DNA of 63,880 bases, filler included, from Vicugna vicugna (GCA_013265495.1; 77 parts of 74 records of this genome joined end to end with filler, not necessarily neighbours in it); one strand, 5' to 3'. Positions 12,126 to 23,869 are shown, counted from the whole stretch's first letter. The notes: generated by a model not told the origin, from the letters alone. A program made the numbers and translations.

Positions 12126-12346
12126 CAGAGGTTCCAGGAATAGCATAAAGAGACCCACACCAAGACATAGCATAATCAAGATGGCCAGATTGAAGGCTAA
12201 AGAAATGATCCTAAAGGCAGCAAGAGAAAAACAAAGAGTGATTTAATTTTAGCATAAAGAGACCCACACCAAGACATAGCATAATCAAGATGGCCAGATT
12301 GAAGGCTAAAGAAATGATCCTAAAGGCAGCAAGAGAAAAACAAAGA
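12126..12346 (+). mobile_element. LINE-1 ORF1 fragment with internal tandem duplication
   Basis: Encodes KRPTPRHSIIKMARLKAKEMILKAAREKQR (L1 ORF1p motifs TPRH and ILKAAREK), present twice with period 109. Confidence 0.9.
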
Positions 12347-12446
12347 NNNNNNNNNNNNNNNNNNNNNNNNNNNNNNNNNNNNNNNNNNNNTTAATTAATT
12401 AANNNNNNNNNNNNNNNNNNNNNNNNNNNNNNNNNNNNNNNNNNNN

Positions 12447-13350
12447 ACAGGTGTTCCCTGTTCGGGGAAGTCCGGGAAATAAATTACCTGAATTTGGGGA
12501 GGCAGCCTCGATCACTAGGATATCCTGCAATCACCCCTAGCATTCCCTGGCAGAGAGACATTAGGAAAACCCTCAGGGGAGACGAGCTAAGGCATTCCGT
12601 TAGAACCCACGCCCTGCCGACCGTTGGTGGAATTTCCCCACGCTCAGGATTCTGGAACCATTGTTAGAGCGTGGGGGAGCTCGAGAGAAAACTCCACAAA
12701 GCTCTTTTAAGTCACAGGTTTTCCCTGTTCGGCGAAGTCCGAGAAATAACTTCCCTGACTTTGGGGAGGCAGCCTCGGTCACTGGGATATCCTGTAATCA
12801 CACCTAGCATTCCCTGGCACAGAGACATTAGGAAAATCCTCAGGGGAGACGAGCTTAGGCATTCCGATAGAACACACGCGCTGTCGAACTTTGGTGGAAC
12901 CTCCCCACGTCAGGATTCATGAACCATTGTCAGTGCGTGGGGGAGCTCGAAAGACAACTCCACGCAGCTCTCTTCAGTCACAGGTGTTCCCTGTTCGGGG
13001 AAGTCCGGGAAATACCTTCCCTGACCTTGGGGAGGCAGCCTCGGACACTGGGATATCCTGCAATCACCCCTAGCATTCCCTGGCACAGAGATATTAGGAA
13101 AACCCTCAGGGGAGACGNNNNNNNNNNNNNNNNNNNNNNNNNNNNNNNNNNNNNNNNNNNNNNNNNNNNNNNNNNNNNNNNNNNNNNNNNNNNNNNNNNN
13201 NNNNNNNNNNNNNNNNNNNNNNNNNNNNNNNNNNNNNNNNNNNNNNNNNNNNNNNNNNNNNNNNNNNNCGGGAAATACCTGACCTTGGGGAGGCCGCCTC
13301 GGTTTCTGGGATATCGTGCAATCACCCGTAGCATTCCCTGGCACAGAGAT
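12447..13350 (+). repeat. SatA 267-bp satellite, best-resolved array
   Basis: ACAGGT(G/T)TTCCCTG at 12447, 12714 and 12980 (periods 267, 266); adjacent monomers highly similar. Confidence 0.97.
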
Positions 13351-13450
13351 NNNNNNNNNNNNNNNNNNNNNNNNNNNNNNNNNNNNNNNNNNNNTTAATT
13401 AATTAANNNNNNNNNNNNNNNNNNNNNNNNNNNNNNNNNNNNNNNNNNNN

Positions 13451-14610
13451 TCCAAATGACAGCAGCGCCTGGGTTCTAATAGATTCCCTTAGATTTTATT
13501 CCTTGAGGGTGTCCCTCTGCCGGGCTGAGAGGGAAATCTGGGAGTTTGGCTTGGAGGCCAAGTAGCAGTGAGTGCCCCTTGACCCATTGAGGAATTACTT
13601 AGAGGACTTCTCCCAAAACGGAACACTTTTTCCTCCATCAATCTGGGTGGAGTGGGGCTGCACATCTCTCCCACACCTAAGAATGTGTTCTGGAATTCTG
13701 AGTGCAGGGAAGTTCCTCCAACTGACAGCAGCGCCTGGGTTCTATTTGAATCCCTTTGCTTGTCTTCCCTGATGGAAAGCCTAGGCGAGAGTGCGGGAGA
13801 AAGTGTGGTTTGGGCTCCGAAACCAAGTATTTGCGATGACCCCTCTATGTTTTGTCGAGGTGTTTAAACTACATCCCTAATATGGGAACACCTGTGCCCC
13901 CATTAAGATCCGTGGAGTCTGTTTCCACACCTCCAGCACACACACGAACACTTGCACAGTTATCCTGAGAGTGGGCAGCCTCCTCCAACTGAGAGCAGGG
14001 CCTTGGTTCTTATAAAATCGCTTAACTNNNNNNNNNNNNNNNNNNNNNNNNNNNNNNNNNNNNNNNNNNNNNNNNNNNNNNNNNNNNNNNNNNNNNNNNN
14101 NNNNNNNNNNNNNNNNNNNNNNNNNNNNNNNNNNNNNNNNNNNNNNNNNNNNNNNNNNNNNNNNNNNNNNNNNNNNNNNNNNNNNNNNNNNNNNNNNNNN
14201 NNNNNNNNNNNNNNNNNNNNNNNNNNNNNNNNNNNNNNNNNNNNNNNNNNNNNNNNNNNNNNNNNNNNNNNNNNNNNNNNNNNNNNNNNNNNNNTGTAAT
14301 CCCTGAATGTTTCCCTAGGACTGACTCTGAGAGAAACCTGGGGGTTGGGCTTTGAGGTCAAATAGTAGCGAGTGACCCCCGATGGACTGAGGAAGTATTT
14401 AGATGAATTCTCCATAAAGGGAAACACCTGAGCACCCATTCATCTGCGTGGAGTGGGGCTTCAAACCTCCCCACCACACAAGGATGTGTTCCAGTATACT
14501 GAGTTTGGGGTAGTTCCTCGAACTAACATCAACCTCTTGGTTTTAATAGAATCCCTTTGCTTGTTTTCCCTGATGGCTTGCCTAGGCCAGTGTGTGGTTG
14601 AAAGTGGATT
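13451..14610 (-). repeat. SatD, divergent 267-bp monomers (HOR-type)
   Basis: TCCAA(A/C)TGA(C/G)AGCAG at 13451, 13717 and 13984 (periods 266, 267); neighbouring monomers strongly diverged. Confidence 0.92.
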
Positions 14611-14710
14611 NNNNNNNNNNNNNNNNNNNNNNNNNNNNNNNNNNNNNNNNNNNNTTAATTAATTAANNNNNNNNNNNNNNNNNNNNNNNNNNNNNNNNNN
14701 NNNNNNNNNN

Positions 14711-15243
14711 ACTGTGTTGAGGTATGTTTCTTCATGCCCACTCTGAGGAGAAATACAATCATAAATAGATACTGAATTTATCAAAATATTTTATAACACT
14801 TTTGAGGAGACCATATAATTTTTATATTTCAGTTTGTTAGTTTGGTGTACCATATTGATTAATTTGTGGGTAATGAATCACTTTTGCATCCCTGGAATAA
14901 AAGGGACTGAATCATACTGTATAATTCTTTTAATGTATTGTTTGATTTGTTAACAATTTAGTGATGATTTTTTCATGTATACATTTCAGTAGTATTTAAC
15001 CTGTAATTTTATGAGATATTTGTTCCTGCCTTAGTAGTAGTGTGACACAGAAATGTGAGTGTGACACAGTGGAAGCCTCCCTTCCTCTGCAAATTTTTGG
15101 AATTCTCTAAGAAGTATAGGTGATAGCTCTTCTCTAAATTTTTGGCAGGAGTCACCTGTGAAGATGTCTAGGCCTGTAATTTTGTTTCCTGTGAGATATT
15201 GTTTAATTACTAATTCAATTTCATTAGTGCTAATCTGTTAAAA
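14711..15243 (-). mobile_element. LINE-1 ORF2 (RT region) fragment, decayed
   Basis: TGTTGAGGTATGTTTCTTC ... TTGCATCCCTGGAATAAA ... TCACCTGTGAAG, antisense L1 ORF2. Confidence 0.85.
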
Positions 15244-15886
15244 NNNNNNNNNNNNNNNNNNNNNNNNNNNNNNNNNNNNNNNNNNNNTTAATTAATTAAN
15301 NNNNNNNNNNNNNNNNNNNNNNNNNNNNNNNNNNNNNNNNNNNTGTCCCCATGCTCCTGCAGTAAGCACAGGATGTTAAATTATCAAGAATTGTTTTAAA
15401 GTTCATCACGGAACTTCATTTTGTAGGTCATCTCTTATCCAGCCGACTGTGCCTGTCTTAGGTTGTCCTCCTCTGAGGATATTACCCAGCATAGGCTAGC
15501 CTGCCAACCATACTGGATATATTGATTAGGCCATTTCTTATCCAGCCTGGATATGTGACATTCCTCACAGCTTGTTTATCAGTTCAGCCCATGGGCTTGT
15601 TCTCAAGAGCCTTCAGACAGGGGCTTACAAACACAAAATCCCTAGACATCCCTAGACAGTGGATGAAGAAAATTTGGTATATATATGCAATGGAATCAAT
15701 ACTTTGCTTTCCTATCAACAGTGTCCACGGTGATCATTTTTTCCACAATCTCACCAACATCTATTTCTTTTCTTTTTGATGAGAGCNNNNNNNNNNNNNN
15801 NNNNNNNNNNNNNNNNNNNNNNNNNNNNNNTTAATTAATTAANNNNNNNNNNNNNNNNNNNNNNNNNNNNNNNNNNNNNNNNNNNN

Positions 15887-16419
15887 CACTCCCTTCTGGC
15901 CTGTTGTATTTGTGTAGTGAAATCAGCTGGGAGCCTTATGGGGATTCCCTTGTAACTCACTCTTTGCTATTCTCTTGCTGTCTTTAGGATCATTTCTTTA
16001 TCCTTTCCTATGGCCTTCTTAATTCTATGTCTTGGTATGGGTGTATTTGTGTTCTTTCTTTATGGGACACTCTGAGCTTCCTGTATTGGATATCTGATTC
16101 CTTCTTTAATTTTCAGAAGTTCTCAGCCATGCTATCTACAAAAACCTTTGCAATCCCCTTTGATCTTTCTTCCCCTTCTGGGACTTTTATCATGCCAAGT
16201 TTGGCATGCTTTCTATTATACCATAGGTCCCTTAGGCTTTTTTCATTTTTTTCTCATTGTTTCTCTTGTCACTCTACTGATTGGATGTTTTCTATTGTCC
16301 TGTCTTCTAAGTCACAAATTCGTTTCTCTGCATTATCTAGTCAGCATTGAGACCCCTTAAGATTATTCCTCATCTCAGTCAACGGGTTTACCTATTCTAC
16401 TCAGCTCTTCTTTATAGCT
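15887..16419 (-). mobile_element. LINE-1 ORF1 fragment
   Basis: CACTCCCTTCTGGCCTG ... AAATCAGCTG ... TTCTCTTGCTGTCTTTAGGATCATTTCTTTA (antisense of the ILKAARE region); homologous to 22541-22954. Confidence 0.88.
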
Positions 16420-16519
16420 NNNNNNNNNNNNNNNNNNNNNNNNNNNNNNNNNNNNNNNNNNNNTTAATTAATTAANNNNNNNNNNNNNNNNNNNNNNNNN
16501 NNNNNNNNNNNNNNNNNNN

Positions 16520-17035
16520 GTGTACACATTTTCACAAGCTTTCCCTAACACCAGGTTGCAAATCTTGCATTTTTCACAGAAAAATAGTTCTGGAGTGTTT
16601 TCCACCAAACAGATATGTAATTTAAATGTATTCCAACAACATGGCATTCCTGGTTCTGTACATGCTACATGTATGACGGATTTGGCAATCATGCGTTTCT
16701 GACTTGTGTGCATGTGGATTACAGACCTTTCACCCTCCGAACAAGGCGTATATAGACTTAGAATTATTTACTCTGACNNNNNNNNNNNNNNNNNNNNNNN
16801 NNNNNNNNNNNNNNNNNNNNNNNNNNNNNNNNNNNNNNNNNNNNNNNNNNNNNNNNNNNNNNNNNNNNNNNNNNNNNNNNNNNNNNNNNNNNNNNNNNNN
16901 NNNNNNNNNNNNNNNNNNNCTCGGATTCCTCAAACATGCATTTCTGAATTGTGAACATGTGCATGACTGATGTTTCAACCAAAAAGCCAGTTACCTATGT
17001 ACTCTGAAATATTTACTATGACTTTGAAGCTTCTT
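16520..17035 (+). repeat. SatB
   Basis: Near-identical to 60286-60604 and 28927-29404 at matching HOR positions. Confidence 0.95.
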
Positions 17036-17135
17036 NNNNNNNNNNNNNNNNNNNNNNNNNNNNNNNNNNNNNNNNNNNNTTAATTAATTAANNNNNNNNN
17101 NNNNNNNNNNNNNNNNNNNNNNNNNNNNNNNNNNN

Positions 17136-17530
17136 TTAGTATGTGCAAATCTCCAACTCCGAATTTATCCCTTCCCACCCTCTTTCCCCTCTGGTAACCA
17201 TAGGTTTGTTTCCCATGTCTATGAGTCTGTTTCTATTTTATAAATAAGTTAATTTGTGTCTTTTTTTAAGATTCCACATACAAGTAATACCATATGGTAT
17301 TTTTCTTTCTCTTTCTGGCCTACTTCACTTAGAATGACAATCTCCGGGTCCATTCATGCTGCTGCAAATGGTATTATTTTATTAGTTTTTATGACAGAGT
17401 AGTATTCTATTGTGTAAATATACTACAACTTCTTTATCCAGTCATCTGTTGATGAACATTTGGATTGTTTCCATGTCTTATTCCATGTCTATTGTAAATA
17501 GTGCTGCTGTGAACACTGGAGTCCATGTGA
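17136..17530 (-). mobile_element. LINE-1 3' UTR/ORF2 end
   Basis: ATTTATCCCTTCCCACCC ... GGTAACCATAGGTTTGTTT ... AGATTCCACATACAAGT ... TTGTAAATAGTGCTGCTGTGAACA. Confidence 0.9.
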
Positions 17531-17829
17531 AATCATGATGATAAACTCTTGCTCTGCTTTACAAAGCTGACAATAGTTGTGGATATGCCTTTTTCATTGT
17601 ATAGTTCTATTCATATAGAAGGTTTCTTGCTTTATATAATGTCATGGCTTCCTTACCCGACAGCACTCCAGTGTAGGGACTGATGATTTTACTTCATTGT
17701 GCAAGATCACTGTGTGTGTTGTGATGGTAAATAGTCCTCTCAGATTGTCCCCTGGCTGTTGTTTCTATGTTTATCTAGCCCTGTGATGTTTGCTTACCAG
17801 TGCTAGAGGAGTATTTATAGATATAGACA

Positions 17830-17940
17830 TAGTCGGCCCTTTGTATCTACAGGTTCTTTGTATCCACCAGTTCAACCAACGGCAGGTCAAAAATTAAAAA
17901 AAAAATCCAGAAAGTTCCAAAAAGCAAAACTTAAATTTGC
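17830..17940. mobile_element. MER2/Tigger-type DNA transposon terminus
   Basis: AGTCGGCCCTTTGTATC ... TTCAACCAAC ... AAAGTTCCAAAAAGCAAAACTTAAATTTGC resembles a TcMar-Tigger end; exact family uncertain. Confidence 0.7.
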
Positions 17941-18040
17941 NNNNNNNNNNNNNNNNNNNNNNNNNNNNNNNNNNNNNNNNNNNNTTAATTAATTAANNNN
18001 NNNNNNNNNNNNNNNNNNNNNNNNNNNNNNNNNNNNNNNN

Positions 18041-18563
18041 CTGTGCTTGCACACTCCTGGGCTTGTACACCCATGGGCCTGCAGAATCCTGTGCCAGCAC
18101 ACTCCTGGGCCTGCACACACATGGGCCTGTACACTCCTTGGCCTGCTCCCTCCTGGGCCTCCACACTCTTGGGCCTACCTTCTCCTTGGCCGGCCCTCAA
18201 CATAACTGCCCTCTCTTTGTCTGCGCACTCTTGGGCCTGCACACACCTGGGCCTGCCCCTAACTATCCTGCCCTCTGCTGTGTCTGCACACCCCTAGGCC
18301 TGCACACTCATGTGCCTGCTCCATCCTGTGCCTGCACACCCCTGTGTCTGAACACTCCTGTGCATGCATAATGCAGAAACCTGGGCCTGCACACTCCTGG
18401 ACCTGCTCTCACCTGGGCCTGCACCCACTTCGGACGGCCCTCTCCTGGGCCTGCACATTCCTGGGCCTGCTCTCCCCTGTGCCTCCACACTCCTGGGCCT
18501 GAACAATCCTGGGCCTGACCTCTCCTGGGTCTGCACACTCCTGTGTCTGCAAACACCTGTGCC
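18041..18563 (+). repeat. 16-bp GC-rich tandem repeat, consensus GCACACTCCTGGGCCT (~32 degenerate units)
   Basis: Consecutive 16-mers GCACACTCCTGGGCTT / GTACACCCATGGGCCT / GCAGAATCCTGTGCCA / GCACACTCCTGGGCCT; fills the whole scaffold. Confidence 0.92.
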
Positions 18564-18663
18564 NNNNNNNNNNNNNNNNNNNNNNNNNNNNNNNNNNNNN
18601 NNNNNNNTTAATTAATTAANNNNNNNNNNNNNNNNNNNNNNNNNNNNNNNNNNNNNNNNNNNN

Positions 18664-19478
18664 GAATTCTTCGTTTACAGCTCTTCTCACTGACACAAAA
18701 ATGCCAATGAGGACATAAAATTGGGTCTGGGTGACAGAGCAGTTTCTGGGGAACTGGAAGACTCTGTTTTGTCTTGCAGATCAGAAAGGTAAATACAGCA
18801 AACAGTGACCTAGGACTGAGCCTAATTAATTCGCTCAATGAAATAGAACTTACAGCTAAGAAATTTTTGGCATTTATGAACTCAGAACTCTAACGGGTCC
18901 TTCAGACTTTGTCAAGCAATCTTAACTGTCTGTTTCATAAATACTAAGCCTTAGTGATTTGAGCAAGAAATTCAGCTTACTGCAACTATTATTATACCTA
19001 TCTTACAAGTAAGTTTTAAAGTGAAGCTATGAAATCTTTAGCTTTTGTCTGTTTATAAGCCTGCATACACATTAAAGATGTGAGATATTTCTACTGCTAA
19101 AAAAACAAATCAAAGTCAAAGAGCTCTGCTTAATTGACGTAAAAAACAAGAGCTTAAAAATTAAGTATTTTTAAGATAAAAACTGAACAAATTGACTTTC
19201 AGCGTCACGTGAACTGGAAAATATTCAATACTAATTTAATATTTGATATTGTTTAGTTTAAGTATGTTCTAATTAATATAGACATCTTTAAAGTCATCAA
19301 TATTAACTATAATACCTTTACTGTACCCAGGTTTAATGAAAGTCAAATAAGATCCTGTTATATCTGTTGCAGATTTGTCAGAAAAAAAAAAATACCGTAA
19401 TGTGGTATGGTAAAATTTTAAGTAAATTAAACTCAAATGAGATGAGAGTTTTGGGTAAATTTTTAAAACATGTTTTTA
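18664..19478 (+). mobile_element. Probable ERV1-class internal non-coding AT-rich segment
   Basis: Composition and motifs (TCACGTGAACTGGAAAATATTC, TTTGTCTGTTTATAAG) resemble MER4-group internal sequences; no ORF; recognition only. Confidence 0.45.
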
Positions 19479-19578
19479 NNNNNNNNNNNNNNNNNNNNNN
19501 NNNNNNNNNNNNNNNNNNNNNNTTAATTAATTAANNNNNNNNNNNNNNNNNNNNNNNNNNNNNNNNNNNNNNNNNNNN

Positions 19579-20126
19579 CAAGGTTGGGGAAGTAGTTTAA
19601 AACCCTCCACTAACCACAGAGATTCACTCGCTAATACTTGGCTTGAGAGCCCATCCCACACCATCGCTTACTGCTATGCCTAGGAAAACACTTAGGGAAG
19701 TCAAGCTAAGGGGTTCTATTAAATCCCAGGTGCTGCTGTCAGTTGGAGGAACCTCCCCACACTCAGAACCCCAGAACACTTCTTCCTGTGTGTGCTGGAT
19801 GTGGGGAAACATAGCACACGCATTTTTCAGGGGTCACAGTAATTCCCAAGTTNNNNNNNNNNNNNNNNNNNNNNNNNNNNNNNNNNNNNNNNNNNNNNNN
19901 NNNNNNNNNNNNNNNNNNNNNNNNNNNNNNNNNNNNNNNNNNNNNNNNNGCAAACCATCGGGAAGACAAGCAAAGCGATTCTATTAAATCCAGGACGCTG
20001 TTGTCAGTTGGGGGAACTACCCAACCCTCAGGATACTGGAACACAAATTTGTGTGGTGGGGAGTTTTTGAAGCCCCCATCAACGCAGATGAATGGGTGCT
20101 CAGGTGTTCCCTTTATGGAGAATTCA
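19579..20126 (+). repeat. SatD
   Basis: 19579-19850 matches 33012-33285 closely; 19950-20126 matches the reverse complement of 14405-14580. Confidence 0.92.
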
Positions 20127-21031
20127 NNNNNNNNNNNNNNNNNNNNNNNNNNNNNNNNNNNNNNNNNNNNTTAATTAATTAANNNNNNNNNNNNNNNNNN
20201 NNNNNNNNNNNNNNNNNNNNNNNNNNTTCATGTAGGGTTAGGTGGGTTATGGACACAGATACTGACATCACAGCTGCCACGCTGCTGACTCTGTGGCTTC
20301 ACTAGGTCTGGTTCTTGCTCTCTGACTTCCCTGAATATGACAGCTCCTTTTGGGCTGTGGGCCTGCTGCATCTTTCCAGCACTGCTGGCTTTTCTGCAAC
20401 ACACCACTGCCTCTCAGGTCAGAAGCAAATGTCAGCTCCTCCTACCCATCCACCCCATCCACGGTCTTGGAATTCCTGGTCAGAGTGGTCCCTACCCCTT
20501 GACTGAGCAGTAACACTAAAGGAACTATAAATTTGCCTCTCATCCAATGTCTTAGTTACATACCTGTGCTAGTTTACTTTAAAGGTCTGCCAGTAGGGAG
20601 GGTCTTCTTATAGATCTCTGGCCTTATCATTTATAACCGCTCCCCCACTCCATGGAACAGCTTACCGCAGATCTCTGCTGCCTCGTCTGTAGCAATGCCC
20701 TGTAAATTACAGAGAGAAAAGAACTTCTAAGCCACCACCATAACTTTGACTTCCTGTGACCACACAGACCATAGAAATATCAAGATAAAAATTCCTGAAG
20801 AAGGATATTTTGCTTATGAAGACACTTATTTTTTCCTACAAAAAGTAGGGTTTTTTTATTGTGTAACATAATTTAAGTCAATAAATATTTTAAGAATTTA
20901 ACACATGTTCTGATTCTTTCCATTGCCCATCNNNNNNNNNNNNNNNNNNNNNNNNNNNNNNNNNNNNNNNNNNNNTTAATTAATTAANNNNNNNNNNNNN
21001 NNNNNNNNNNNNNNNNNNNNNNNNNNNNNNN

Positions 21032-21896
21032 ACTCAGAAACCCATGTTGGTCAAATCCGTCATGCATGAAATATGTACAGAAACCGGGATGCCATTTTGA
21101 TGGAATCTATTCAAATTACATATCTCTAGGGTAGAATTCGCTGCAAGTGTGTGTTTCTGGGGTCAAAGTGTGATTTTGAATCTGGTGATAGGAAGCAGCT
21201 ACGAAGTCAAAGTAAATATTTCAAAGTGCATAGGTAAATTGTTTGTTGATTGAAACATCAGTCATGCTCATGTTCACAACTCAGAAATGCATGTTTGAGG
21301 AATCCATGATGCATGAATCATGTTCGGAATACGGAATGCCATGGATATGTAGACAATGTAAATTACATGTGTATTGGTGAGAATTCGCTCAAAGCATTTT
21401 TATGGTGCCAAATGTCCGATTTTAGAACCTGGTGATAGGAAAAACCTATGAAGTCAGATTAAATATTTCTAAGTCTATATACGCCTTGTTTGGTGGATGA
21501 AAGGTCAGTAATCCACATGCTCACAACTCAGAAAATCATGTTTGCCGAATTCGTCATGCATAGGAACCCAGAACACCATGTTGATGGAATTCATGTACAT
21601 TACAAATCTTTTACATGGAACTCGCTCCAGAAGTATTTTTCTGTGAAAAATGCGCGAATTCGAAACAGGTGTTAGGGAAAGCTTGTGAAAATGAGTACAC
21701 GTGTCTAGATGAAAACATTCCTTTTATAGAGGATGAACGATTAGTAATCCACATGCTCTCAACACAGATACGCATGTTTGTCGAATCCGTCATGCATGAA
21801 GCATGTACTGAGCACGGAATATCATGTTGATGGAGTCTATTTATCATAAAAATCTCTATGGTAGAATTCGCACCAGAATGGTTTTTCTGAGATAAA
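21032..21896 (-). repeat. SatB, gap-free full trimer
   Basis: AC(T/A)CAGA anchors at 21032, 21279, 21526 and 21762 (247, 247, 236 with an ~11-bp deletion); the 4th unit is the same type as the 1st. Confidence 0.96.
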
Positions 21897-21996
21897 NNNN
21901 NNNNNNNNNNNNNNNNNNNNNNNNNNNNNNNNNNNNNNNNTTAATTAATTAANNNNNNNNNNNNNNNNNNNNNNNNNNNNNNNNNNNNNNNNNNNN

Positions 21997-22440
21997 ATAC
22001 AGGAATAGAATGTGGAATATAGAATATAGAACACAAAATATAGAATATACAACACAGAATACAGAATGTAAAATACAGAATGTAGAAAACAGAATATGAA
22101 TATAGAATAAAGAAATGGAATGTGGAGTATAGAATATAGAACACAGAATATAGAATACAGAATACAGAATACAGAATGTACTATATAGAATGNNNNNNNN
22201 NNNNNNNTATACAGAAGTCGAATGCAGAATATGGAATGTAGAACACAGAATATAGAATACAGAATACAGAATGGGGAAACCAGAATTTAGAATATTGAAT
22301 TCAGATCAAATTATGTAGAATATAGAATACAGAATACAGAATACAGAATGTAGAATATAGAATATAGAACACAGAATATTGAATGTAGAATACGAGATAC
22401 AGAATATAGAATGAAGAATACATAATGTAGAACACGGAAT
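21997..22440 (+). repeat. 7-bp satellite
   Basis: AGAATAC/AGAATAT/AGAATGT runs. Confidence 0.95.
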
Positions 22441-22540
22441 NNNNNNNNNNNNNNNNNNNNNNNNNNNNNNNNNNNNNNNNNNNNTTAATTAATTAANNNN
22501 NNNNNNNNNNNNNNNNNNNNNNNNNNNNNNNNNNNNNNNN

Positions 22541-22954
22541 TGCTTTTCTATTTAGAATAGCCCTTTCAATATTTCTTTTAACATGAGCTTAGTGTTGCTA
22601 AACTCCTGCAGCTTTTTTTTGGGGTCTGTGAAACTCTTTATTTCTCCTTCTATCCTAAAGGATAGCTTTGCTGGATAAAGTATCCTAGGCTGCATCTTTT
22701 TTTCATTCAGGGCTTTGAATATATCTTGCCACTCCCTTCTGGCCTGTAGTGTTTGTGTAGAGAAATCAGCTGAGAGCCTTATGGGGGTTCCCTTGTANNN
22801 NNNNNNNNNNNNNNNNNNNNNNNNNNNNNNNNNNNNNNNNNNNNNNNNNNNNNNNNNNNNNNNNNNNNNNNNNNNNNNNNNNNNNNNNNNNNNNNNNNNN
22901 NNTTGGGAACCTCTGAGCTTCCTGTACTTGGGTATCTGATTCCTTCTGTAAGTT
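22541..22954 (-). mobile_element. LINE-1 ORF1 3' part
   Basis: TTTATTTCTCCTTC ... AGCTTTGCTGGATAAAGTAT ... CACTCCCTTCTGGCCTGTAG ... AGAAATCAGCTGAGAGCCTTATGGGG. Confidence 0.9.
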
Positions 22955-23225
22955 NNNNNNNNNNNNNNNNNNNNNNNNNNNNNNNNNNNNNNNNNNNNTT
23001 AATTAATTAANNNNNNNNNNNNNNNNNNNNNNNNNNNNNNNNNNNNNNNNNNNNTCCCTTTTTCATTATATAATCTCATATATATCTTTCATTGTGGCCT
23101 TTAATTTGCAACATATTTTGTATGAGTGGAGCATTGTAATTTGCACTATCTTATCATTTCCATGAAATACTTCTTCCATCTATTTCAAGGCTGTGTTTAT
23201 CTTCCACCATAAAGTGAGACATTCT

Positions 23226-23769
23226 GGGGGTGTTGGCCAAGATGGTGGAGGAGAAGGATGCTCGATATTCACCCTTTCCCACAAATGCGCCAAGACTCAC
23301 ATCCATAGACCCACTCAGCTAACCAGAGAACCTGTAGAAATCTTGCAGAAAATTGTCCCCTTGAATAGGTAAAGATGCATAAAATCTGGTAGGAGAAAAG
23401 GAAGAAAGAAAGAAGAAAAGGCAAAACAGAGTGGAACAGGTCCCACAGGTAGGGAGATGCAAAGATGACTGGCGCTCATTCACTGGGTCACCCCTCTCCA
23501 NNNNNNNNNNNNAGGATGGAGGGGGAGCCTCCAAGGCTTGGATCTGTACAGATTATTAGTTGATTGACACAACTAAGTTAAACAGGCACAGACACCCAGG
23601 CCAAGATCCAGCCTGGAAGCTGGGGGCAGGTCCATGCTGCACGAGCTGGGTGGAAGTTGGGAATGGCTGCACTGAGGCAGTCCAGGAGAATGGAGGGGAC
23701 TGTGTGTCATTGCTGTAGGTGTATAGGGCAGAACAACCTGGGCCCTCTATAAAACAACAGGTCAGATGT
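23226..23769 (+). mobile_element. LINE-1 5' UTR with decayed YY1 site
   Basis: G-run then GCCAAGATGGTGGAGGAGAAGGA (CAAGATGG at 23238-23245) and TCACCCTTTCCCACAAAT, the typical laurasiatherian L1 5' start, directly after AT-rich flank. Confidence 0.75.
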
Positions 23770-23869
23770 NNNNNNNNNNNNNNNNNNNNNNNNNNNNNNN
23801 NNNNNNNNNNNNNTTAATTAATTAANNNNNNNNNNNNNNNNNNNNNNNNNNNNNNNNNNNNNNNNNNNN

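Noticed and set aside
12600..13398. Recurring peptides such as GELERQLHAALFSHRCSLFGEVRE or APELFFCEKCTNSN suggesting a multicopy protein family
   Set aside because: They are chance frames of SatA and SatB monomers; stops and frameshifts vary between copies and no domain is recognisable.
20227..20931. Possible old LTR; likewise unassigned pieces 36784-37499, 38474-39219, 53299-53733, 53834-54275, 55620-56164 and 60705-61194
   Set aside because: Nothing diagnostic enough to call without a database search.
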